Below are positions 33,560 to 40,364 of a DNA stretch of 40,364 nt, one piece after another. A model generated the notes under the pieces. The model worked only from the letters and a program-made list of their open reading frames with translations. It made no database searches and was not told the origin of the DNA. The number at the start of each line of letters is the position of its first letter. Within the stretch, counting starts at the first letter, position 1. Made by a program: the position numbers and the translations under genes. Source of the DNA: a virus (taxonomy: Duplodnaviria; Caudoviricetes); the IMG/VR virus record IMGVR_UViG_3300044652_000018, positions 1-40,364 of that record; one strand, 5' to 3'.

Positions 33560-35958
33560 CTGTGCGACCAACAGGACCGTGCCCGGCGGAGATTATGATT
33601 GTGGGGGAGGCCCCGGGCGAGCAGGAGGCACTGAAAGGCGAGCCGTTTGTCGGGGCCTCCGGCCAAGAGCTGAACAACATGCTTCGCGACGGTGGGGTGA
33701 TGCGCTCGGCCTGCTTCATCACGAACGTCTGCCGCGTACGGCCACCTAACAACGAAATCGAGGCCTTCATCGCGGCACGCAAGACCGACATCACCGAAGC
33801 CCACATCCGCATCCGCGATCGTTGGTGCTTGCCTGTCATCCGGGACGGGATCGAGATGCTGAAGCGGGAAATCGCTCTGTGCCGCCCGAATGTCATCTTC
33901 GCGTTCGGCAACATCTCAATGTGGGCGCTGACGGGCCAATGGGGCATTACCTCGTGGCGCGGTAGCGTGCTGGAATGCGACCTCGATCTGGGGCTGGACT
34001 ATCGCCCAAAGGTCATCCCGATGTACCATCCGGCGGCGATCCTCCGGCAGTGGACGTGGCGGAATATCGCCGTTCACGATATCAAACGAGGGAAGGTGCA
34101 GAGCAAGTTCCGGGAGATTATCCGACCGGAATACCGCTTCGTAGTCCGACCGGATTTCGGCACGGTCTGCTCCATCCTCCACCAGCTCATTGCCGAAGCC
34201 GACAAGCGCGACGGGCAGAACTTCCGGCTGGCGAACGACATCGAGACACGCGCCGGGCATATCTCGTGCATCGGCATCGCCTGGTCCAAGACCGAGGCCC
34301 TGTGCATTCCGCTGATGGACTTGGGCAAGCCGGAAGGCTACTGGTCGTTTGAGGAAGAGCTGGAAATCTGGCGGCTCTTGCGTATCCTGTGCACACACAA
34401 AAACGTGTACTGGATCGGCCAGAATTTCTCCTACGACCAGCAGTACTACAACCGCTGGGCGCTGTTCGAGGTCAATCTGGCGTGGGATACCATGCTGGGT
34501 CAGCATTCGATGTTTTCCAACGTGCAGAAGGGCTTGGACTTTCTCTCGTCAATGTACTGCGACCATCACGAGTACTGGAAAGATGAGGGCAAGAAGTTCG
34601 ACCCCAAGAAGCACGACGAGGAGCGGCATTGGGTTTACAACTGCAAAGACGCCGTCATCACCTACGAGGTCGAGGAAGGCGAACAAAAGGCAATCCGCGC
34701 CTTGACGCAGGCAGGCTGGCCCAAACTCCCTGCTGTCGTCGATTTCCAGCAGCGCTTGTTCTGGCCTGTGCAGGAGACCATGCAGCGCGGTCTTCGCGTC
34801 GACACCGCCGAGCGCCAGCGTTTCGCCATGAAGCTCATGGATGAGATTGCCAAGCGAGAACAGTGGATGTTCGACATGCTGGGCGAGCCGGTCAATATCA
34901 AATCTCCTTTGCAGATGAAGAGGCTGTTCTATGAGGTCTTGGGCCAAAAGCCAATCTTTAGTCGAAAAACTGGCGGAATCACAACGGACGATGAAGCGCT
35001 TCGCAAGATCGCCGACAGGGAACCGCTGCTCCGTCCTTTGTGCAAGCGGATCGCGGAGCTCCGTTCTTTGGGCGTGTTTCTCAGCACTTTTATCAACGCC
35101 CCTCTCGACCACGACGGCCGCATGCGATCGAGCTTCAACATCGGCGGCACTGAAACGTATCGTTTCAGCTCTTCTGAGAACGCTTTTGGTTCCGGCCTCA
35201 ACCTGCAGAATATACCTAAGGGTGGGGAGGATTCCGAAGGGCTTGATCTGCCAAACGTGCGAAATCTGTTTATACCAGACACAGGGTACACGTTCTTTGA
35301 TATTGACCTTTCCTCTGCGGACTTACGAATCGTCGTTTGGGAAAGCGACGAACCCGAAATGAAGGCCATGCTCCGCGAGGGCCTGGACCCCTACACCGAA
35401 ATCGCCAAGGAATTCTACCATGACCCAACGATCACGAAAAAGGACCCTCGACGGCAGACATTCAAGAGCTTTGCTCACGGGACTAATTATCTCGGGACTG
35501 CAAAGGGCCTTGCCGAGCGATTGGGTCTTCCGGTTGCTGAAGCTGAGAAGACCCAGGCTTGGTACTTCCAGCGTTTCCCTAGAATCAAGAAATGGCAGGA
35601 CGATCTTAAGGATCAAGTCTTCAAACGTCGTATGGTGGAGAACATCTTCGGGTACAGGTGCTACATCTTCGATAGAATTGAAGGCACGATCTTCAACCAA
35701 GCGGCTGCGTGGATTCCGCAATCAACTGTAGGCTGTCTTATCAACCGGGCTTATGACACAATTTTCCGCGAGCACAAAGACGTCCAGGTCCTTTTGCAGG
35801 TCCACGACAGTCTTGCCGGGCAGTTCCCAACCAAAGACATGGAATCGTGCGTTAGCCGCATACTCAAAGCGGCCGAGGTTGTACTGCCTTACAGCGACCC
35901 GCTGATCATCCCCGTGGGCATCAAGACAAGCACCAAGTCCTGGGGTGACTGCGAGTAG
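33556..35958 (+). CDS. Family A DNA polymerase with N-terminal uracil-DNA-glycosylase (family 4-like) and 3'-5' exonuclease domains
   Basis: UDG: VGEAPG, PFVG.SG, TNV...RPPNN, YHPAAILR. Exonuclease: DIET, GQNFSYD, YNCKD. Polymerase: NLQNIP, DLSSADLR, R...K...HG..Y, VHDS. Start ATG 33556. Confidence 0.95.
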   Translation: MTVRPTGPCPAEIMIVGEAPGEQEALKGEPFVGASGQELNNMLRDGGVMRSACFITNVCRVRPPNNEIEAFIAARKTDITEAHIRIRDRWCLPVIRDGIEMLKREIALCRPNVIFAFGNISMWALTGQWGITSWRGSVLECDLDLGLDYRPKVIPMYHPAAILRQWTWRNIAVHDIKRGKVQSKFREIIRPEYRFVVRPDFGTVCSILHQLIAEADKRDGQNFRLANDIETRAGHISCIGIAWSKTEALCIPLMDLGKPEGYWSFEEELEIWRLLRILCTHKNVYWIGQNFSYDQQYYNRWALFEVNLAWDTMLGQHSMFSNVQKGLDFLSSMYCDHHEYWKDEGKKFDPKKHDEERHWVYNCKDAVITYEVEEGEQKAIRALTQAGWPKLPAVVDFQQRLFWPVQETMQRGLRVDTAERQRFAMKLMDEIAKREQWMFDMLGEPVNIKSPLQMKRLFYEVLGQKPIFSRKTGGITTDDEALRKIADREPLLRPLCKRIAELRSLGVFLSTFINAPLDHDGRMRSSFNIGGTETYRFSSSENAFGSGLNLQNIPKGGEDSEGLDLPNVRNLFIPDTGYTFFDIDLSSADLRIVVWESDEPEMKAMLREGLDPYTEIAKEFYHDPTITKKDPRRQTFKSFAHGTNYLGTAKGLAERLGLPVAEAEKTQAWYFQRFPRIKKWQDDLKDQVFKRRMVENIFGYRCYIFDRIEGTIFNQAAAWIPQSTVGCLINRAYDTIFREHKDVQVLLQVHDSLAGQFPTKDMESCVSRILKAAEVVLPYSDPLIIPVGIKTSTKSWGDCE
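34121..34154 (-). promoter_or_regulatory. Double-dyad element copy 7 (intragenic)
   Basis: TCCGACCGGA-ATAC-cgcttc-GTAG-TCCGACCGGA, in the UDG/exonuclease linker codons IIRPEYRFVVRPD. Confidence 0.8.
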
Positions 35959-36010
35959 ACAGACGGTAAACGGACCGGCGGGGGCCGGTCCTGCGAAGGG
36001 GACTGAAAGA

Positions 36011-37198
36011 GTGTCACGACACTATCAAGACTGGCTCTCCAGTTTTCTGGAATACGCCAGTATCGGGGAGGCGCCCCGTCACATGTACTTTTGGACCGGT
36101 GTAGCCACTATCGCCGGGGCCCTACGCCGAAAGGTATGGCTCGACTTCGGGCATTTCAAGTGGCATCCGAACTTTTACATCGTCATGGTGGCACCGCCGG
36201 GGATTGTCAGCAAGACCACTACGGCGGACATCGGGATGAAGCTTTTGCGGGAGGTGCCGGGAGTCAAGTTCGGCCCCGACGTTGTCACAATGGCGGCGCT
36301 GACTCAGGCTTTTGCGGAGTCAACTGAAGCCTTCGAAATGGCCGGAGAGTACCATCCGATGAGCGCCCTCACGCTGTCCAGTGGCGAATTCGGCAACCTC
36401 ATCGATCCGCGCGACAAAGAGATGGTTGACTTGATGGTCTCCCTATGGGACGGCAAGGATGGGGAGTTCAGCAAGAAGACCAAGCATTCAGGGTCGGACA
36501 GCGTCATCAACCCCTGGATCAACATGATTGCCTGCACAACCCCAGCGTGGATCGCGGGCAATTTCCCAGAATACATGATCGGCGGAGGCTTCACTTCCCG
36601 CTGTATCTTCGTCTACGCCGACAAGAAGGAGAAGTACATTGCCTACCCAGATGAACACATGTTCGACGGATGGCCTGAAATGCGCCAGCGCCTCATCGAG
36701 GACCTCATGCACATTGGAACACTTACTGGAAAGTTCTCGATATCTCCGCGGGGCAGGGAGTGGGGTCGCACCTGGTATGAAAAGCTTTACAAGGAACGTC
36801 CGGCGAACCTTGACGATGAACGTTTCGGCGGTTACATCGCTCGCAAGCAAACCCATCTGCACAAGCTTGCGATGGTCATGGCCGTATCAGGTGGGGACGA
36901 CCTTGTCATTACAGAGGACATTTTTGACACAGCCAACACTATGCTGGCGGACTTAGAGCCGGACATGGCAATGGTCTTTTCCAAGATCGGCAAGACAGAC
37001 CAGTCCCTCTATACCGACCGCATGATTGACTTTGTCCGTCGGAACGGTCCCACGCCTTACAAAGACGTGTTCAAGTACGTCCATTCCTATTTCCCCTCCG
37101 CGCGGGATTTCGAAGACGTGCTATCAGGATGCGTGAAGGCTGGCTTGCTTGCGCTTACCAGCCCTGGAGGGGTGCCGACAGTTACCGCACTAAGGTAG
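36011..37198 (+). CDS. DUF3987/YfjI-like P-loop NTPase (putative replicative helicase)
   Basis: Probable GTG start; PNFYIVMVAPPGIVSKTT degenerate Walker A, SGEFG, LWDG, GFTSR; possible winged-helix C-terminus. Confidence 0.7.
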   Translation: MSRHYQDWLSSFLEYASIGEAPRHMYFWTGVATIAGALRRKVWLDFGHFKWHPNFYIVMVAPPGIVSKTTTADIGMKLLREVPGVKFGPDVVTMAALTQAFAESTEAFEMAGEYHPMSALTLSSGEFGNLIDPRDKEMVDLMVSLWDGKDGEFSKKTKHSGSDSVINPWINMIACTTPAWIAGNFPEYMIGGGFTSRCIFVYADKKEKYIAYPDEHMFDGWPEMRQRLIEDLMHIGTLTGKFSISPRGREWGRTWYEKLYKERPANLDDERFGGYIARKQTHLHKLAMVMAVSGGDDLVITEDIFDTANTMLADLEPDMAMVFSKIGKTDQSLYTDRMIDFVRRNGPTPYKDVFKYVHSYFPSARDFEDVLSGCVKAGLLALTSPGGVPTVTALR

Positions 37199-37382
37199 GG
37201 TCGAGAGGGATCGGAATCGGGCGGTGGCAGGAATCACACACAACAGATTCAAAGCGAGCGATAGGTTTTCCGTCAAGGTGAAGAGCCTTGGAAGAGTCCA
37301 TTGTAGTTAGAGGCACGGGAGCCTCTGTCAGCAAAAATGCTGGCTCCCCGCACAACGGGCAGTAATACTTATAGTGAGCCAT
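37182..37382 (-). CDS. Small zinc-finger protein
   Basis: CPLCG...CDSC; start coupled to the endolysin stop. Confidence 0.6.
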   Translation of the reverse strand: MAHYKYYCPLCGEPAFLLTEAPVPLTTMDSSKALHLDGKPIARFESVVCDSCHRPIPIPLDPTLVR

Positions 37383-37723
37383 CAGACGTTCCGCTCAAAG
37401 TGAGGGCGGTCCTTAAAGGACGAGAAATGGCCGCCCCAACGGTTCTTTGGGTGGAGGCTTTCCCAGAATTTCCCTACCGACTCAAGGGCCTCGGCCTCAT
37501 AGACCAGCTTCCCATTCCGGATGAAGTTCAGGTCAATGGCCAGGCGCCGTAAGTGGTTGGATTGCAGTGTCTTCGACCGACCAGTTTTGACGTAGATGGC
37601 TTGCTGCTCTGGGGTGCGGAACAGCTCTCCGCCTGTCACTGTAAACCCTTCGTCTGTTGCGAACTGCACCAGCTTGCAGACATCGAGGAGGAAGGCGGCT
37701 TGCTCAGTCGAGAGATTAGCCAT
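37382..37723 (-). CDS. Endolysin, M15-family metallopeptidase
   Basis: RTPEQQ, SNHLRRLAIDL, WGG.F...DRPHFE. Confidence 0.9.
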   Translation of the reverse strand: MANLSTEQAAFLLDVCKLVQFATDEGFTVTGGELFRTPEQQAIYVKTGRSKTLQSNHLRRLAIDLNFIRNGKLVYEAEALESVGKFWESLHPKNRWGGHFSSFKDRPHFERNV

Positions 37724-37726
37724 AAT

Positions 37727-38176
37727 TTAAGCTCCTTCGGCGAGAGCAGTTTCGTTGGGCAGCTCTTGAGCGAGCTGGGCTTGGAGTTCGGCAATTTTGG
37801 CTTCGTAGGCCGCAGACTTGGCGTCAGCAGCTTGTTGTGCCGCCGCCATATCGGATTCGAGCTGAGCTTTAGCCGCAGACAGTTCCGAAAAGGCCTGTGT
37901 GAGCTGAGTAAGCTGCGCATCCTTCTGCGCGCACTCATCACGGAGCATGAGCTTTTCCATTTGCAACGTATCGCGCTGTGCGGTGTCGAGAATGGCTTGC
38001 GTGCCGCCGTCGGCAAGGTATTGCGCGTATTCCGCTTCCGAATAGGCCCGGCGGTGGAAGTTCTCGCTGATGACAGTGCCATCGCGGAGGACTTGATCAG
38101 CCCATTGAACCTGCACGATGTTGGATTCATGCAGGATGGTAGTGGACTTGAGATTGCGTTGCTCAGTGAGCGCCAT
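37727..38176 (-). CDS. Tail-fibre-associated protein (chaperone-like) with coiled-coil tail
   Basis: GAGG RBS; MALTEQ...VQVQ...RDGTVISENFHRR, a type usually found after LDDYEEG-type fibres. Confidence 0.6.
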   Translation of the reverse strand: MALTEQRNLKSTTILHESNIVQVQWADQVLRDGTVISENFHRRAYSEAEYAQYLADGGTQAILDTAQRDTLQMEKLMLRDECAQKDAQLTQLTQAFSELSAAKAQLESDMAAAQQAADAKSAAYEAKIAELQAQLAQELPNETALAEGA

Positions 38177-38178
38177 GA

Positions 38179-39249
38179 TTAAACCTCGTAAAAGAATTGA
38201 CAATTCAAATCAGCGGCTGTGTCCAGAGCGAGAGAGGCCAAGCTGCCATTGTTCAGCGAATACATATCGCCAACAGTCGCTCCTGCATTCACAGACGCAA
38301 CGCACTGACCCGTGATGGTTAAGTTATACGCAGCCACAGGAAACATCTGAGAAAAAGCGGCTGACGCAAAAGGCAACGCGCCAATCCGCATATTTCCTGT
38401 TCCTGTATGCGCCGACCACGACAGAGCGACGTAGCAATAAACCCTGTTGCCAATCTTCGTGTATCTTCCAACCTGAGTTGTGTAGGTTCCAGCGCCTGCT
38501 GTGCTCGTCCCGACGATCGTAGGACTGAATGTCCCCTCCTCATAGTCATCCAACACATTTGCACCAGAGCTCGGGTTCTGGGCAGCAGGAAAAGCGATTT
38601 GGCCAGAGGAGGCAGCAGACAAGTCGCAAAGACCTGTGACGAGAATTCCTGAGTTATTTGCACGGAATCGTTCAGAATTGTTCGTACGGATAGACACGAA
38701 CTGGCTTGAGCTGGAACCGCTGATAAACTCATTGGTGCCGCCCCAGTACATAGCGCTTCCACCGGCAAGACTGACACTGCCGTTTACCTGGAGCTTTGCA
38801 GCTGTGCCGTCATCAGCAGCGGCTTTGTTAACGTGCACAATGCCGTCGGTGCCGATACGCATTCGCGTACTACCATTTACCCAGAAATACATCACACTGG
38901 ACAGCTGCCCGACACGAGCTGTGGCCCCTGCACTGTCTCCGAATGAGATATAAGAGTCACGACCGGCTGCCTGCGACTGAAACAGCGCGACCCTGTTACT
39001 GCCTTCGGTTGTTCCTGTGGCAGTCGTGGTCCCCGTAAAGGGATCGGCGGAGGCGGTTGCGGCGACTGTGCCGGTGACTGTCGTGCTGCCAGTAACAGTT
39101 GCACCTCCGGCAGAAACCGTCAGCCCAGAACTCGCTGAAAGCGTGGTAAAGCTTCCCGCGGCGGGTGTGACTTGTCCGATAGGCGTATTGTTAATCGCAC
39201 CGCCGTTGATGAACCACTTTTTCAGTGATTCAATAATTCCGGTTTGCAT
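38179..39249 (-). CDS. Tail fibre protein 2
   Basis: GGAINNTPIGQVTPAAGSFTTL, TRMRI/SERFR fibre repeats, LDDYEEGTFSPT...GRYTKIGNRV C-terminal domain. Confidence 0.8.
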   Translation of the reverse strand: MQTGIIESLKKWFINGGAINNTPIGQVTPAAGSFTTLSASSGLTVSAGGATVTGSTTVTGTVAATASADPFTGTTTATGTTEGSNRVALFQSQAAGRDSYISFGDSAGATARVGQLSSVMYFWVNGSTRMRIGTDGIVHVNKAAADDGTAAKLQVNGSVSLAGGSAMYWGGTNEFISGSSSSQFVSIRTNNSERFRANNSGILVTGLCDLSAASSGQIAFPAAQNPSSGANVLDDYEEGTFSPTIVGTSTAGAGTYTTQVGRYTKIGNRVYCYVALSWSAHTGTGNMRIGALPFASAAFSQMFPVAAYNLTITGQCVASVNAGATVGDMYSLNNGSLASLALDTAADLNCQFFYEV

Positions 39250-39252
39250 GGC

Positions 39253-39546
39253 TTAGGTCCCGTAGTAGGCGATGTTGACGGTGCCGCCGGTGCTGATATT
39301 GAAGAACTTCAGGTTGGCCAGGCCTGTCACGGCATCATAACGCAGTTCCTCTCCGGCATACAGTGGGTAGCCGATGGCTGCTGTCGGAGCCGTACCGTCG
39401 TCACGCCAGCGCACGTCGACCTCCGCGCGGATCATGGCGTAGGTTGTCCCCAAGGGGATGGTAGGAGCTTGCGCGGCTCCGTTGACGGTCAGCTGTTGGT
39501 GCCCTTTGGGCACCGGCGGAATGCCCGAATAGTTGCTGTTGTTCAT
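39253..39546 (-). CDS. Small beta-rich hypothetical (probably virion) protein
   Basis: GGAGG RBS; VRWRDDGTAPTAAIGYPL. Confidence 0.65.
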   Translation of the reverse strand: MNNSNYSGIPPVPKGHQQLTVNGAAQAPTIPLGTTYAMIRAEVDVRWRDDGTAPTAAIGYPLYAGEELRYDAVTGLANLKFFNISTGGTVNIAYYGT

Positions 39547-40088
39547 TTCTGACCTCCAGTGATATGGCTGACCATGGCGCTAACCGTCGCGTCTTTGTTC
39601 TGACTGGACTTGCTGGTGCCGTAGAAGAAGTTGATGATGGTGGCCAGGAGTGTGCCCAGCAGAAATCCCAGGATCGTGTCGGCGAATCGAAGGTTTTTGT
39701 CAGGGATAGTGGCGAATGTGATCGCCGCGATGTAGACTGCCGTCAGGGCGAAAATCGCCGTGGCGAAGTAGTAGACGAAGCGCTTGGCGAACAGGTCGTC
39801 TTGCTTGAGCGCGGTCATTTGCATTTCGCGGGCGTTTTGGGTATCCGCCAGCTCGATCTTTTCACGCTCGAGATCTTGCGCCTCGCGGCGAGTGTCGGCG
39901 TCCATCAGCCACTCTTCGTGCTCATACTCGAGCTTTTTCAGCTCAAGTGTCTGCTCTGGCGACAGTGGCTTCGTGTCATCCAGCTTCACTCCAAGCTTTT
40001 CCTCGACCACGGCTTTACCCTTGGCCAGCACGGCGTTGCCCAGGAGACCAAGCCCCTGTTCCGCCAGCATTGCGACGAGCGGTAGCAG
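39543..40088 (-). CDS. Holin-like membrane protein
   Basis: Two C-terminal TM segments ending in FFYGTSKSSQNKD, resembling 3TM GTA-type holins. Start is CTG 40088 or ATG 40070. Confidence 0.6.
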   Translation of the reverse strand: MLPLVAMLAEQGLGLLGNAVLAKGKAVVEEKLGVKLDDTKPLSPEQTLELKKLEYEHEEWLMDADTRREAQDLEREKIELADTQNAREMQMTALKQDDLFAKRFVYYFATAIFALTAVYIAAITFATIPDKNLRFADTILGFLLGTLLATIINFFYGTSKSSQNKDATVSAMVSHITGGQK

Positions 40089-40089
40089 T

Positions 40090-40323
40090 TCAGTGTACCT
40101 TTCCGTTGGTGAGAAACTGCCAGCCGAGGGCAGCCCCGATTGCCAAAAGGCCGACGATCGAGAAAAACTTCGTGACGATTGTCTTCCCAATCTCCCGATA
40201 AACCGCAGATGATAGTTTTTCAACCGCCTTTTCCGCTGCCTTCTCGGCGATTTCTTCGATTTGTTCTGCCGACAGCTGGCTCATTCTTCGATCCCTTTGG
40301 ATTGGTTGTTCGTTTGAGGTCAT
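40090..40323 (-). CDS. Small single-TM protein (holin/antiholin-like)
   Basis: AAGGA RBS; IAEKAAEKA helix then FFSIVGLLAIGAALGW. Follows fibre 1 across the circular join. Confidence 0.6.
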   Translation of the reverse strand: MTSNEQPIQRDRRMSQLSAEQIEEIAEKAAEKAVEKLSSAVYREIGKTIVTKFFSIVGLLAIGAALGWQFLTNGKVH

Positions 40324-40362
40324 GGTACTGCAGTCCTTTTGGAAGAGGGAGGCGTAGGCTGC
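40237..40362. repeat. Terminal direct repeat, right copy
   Basis: Identical to 1..126. Confidence 0.95.
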
Positions 40363-40364
40363 CA

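Noticed and set aside
1290-34154. Dyad family as a CRISPR array or tyrosine-recombinase (dif/lox-like) sites
   Set aside because: Copies are kilobases apart, the 6-bp centres all differ, and no recombinase is encoded.
35972-35991. GGACCGGC-gggg-GCCGGTCC hairpin after pol as a terminator
   Set aside because: No U-tract; the hairpin is real but its function cannot be supported.
37012-37043. Possible eighth dyad copy (CCGACCG...CCGTCGG), and a half-site near 25461
   Set aside because: Wrong spacing and no TAC-N6-GTA core.
40237-40362. Biological direct terminal repeat of the virion DNA
   Set aside because: The length fits a k-mer assembly overlap and it cuts through a gene; it shows circularity, not physical ends.

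Overview
The window is an apparently complete, circularly assembled ~40.2 kb dsDNA phage genome (126-bp terminal overlap). It is GC-rich and has a podovirus-type gene set. The host is probably a proteobacterium (inference from sigma70-type promoters and GC content). The minus strand (18.3 kb to 0.1 kb, continuing 40.3 to 37.2 kb) carries terS, terL, portal, scaffold, major capsid, adaptor/nozzle, P22-like ejection genes, two tail-fibre genes and a split lysis set. A GNAT and a PAPS-reductase-like gene sit inside the ejection cluster. The plus strand (18.7-37.2 kb) carries early hypotheticals, a Dda/RecD-like helicase, a Cas4-like nuclease, a MazG-like enzyme, a Sak4-like ATPase, an SSB-like protein, a ParB-methyltransferase fusion, a UDG-PolA fusion and a DUF3987-like NTPase. 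I found no integrase, CI-type repressor, RNA polymerase, reverse transcriptase or recognisable primase. Main unexplained structures: (1) seven dispersed copies of a 34-bp double-dyad element, TCCGnnCGGA-(C/A)TAC-N6-GTA(T/G)-TCCGnnCGGA, one over a sigma70 promoter and one inside the polymerase gene; (2) a 98-bp ungapped inverted repeat with phased iterons around a T-rich core (candidate origin); (3) a PolA with Asp at the steric-gate position and His at position 762; (4) a hairpin RNA candidate with an anti-Shine-Dalgarno loop. All calls come from reading motifs by eye; no searches were run.
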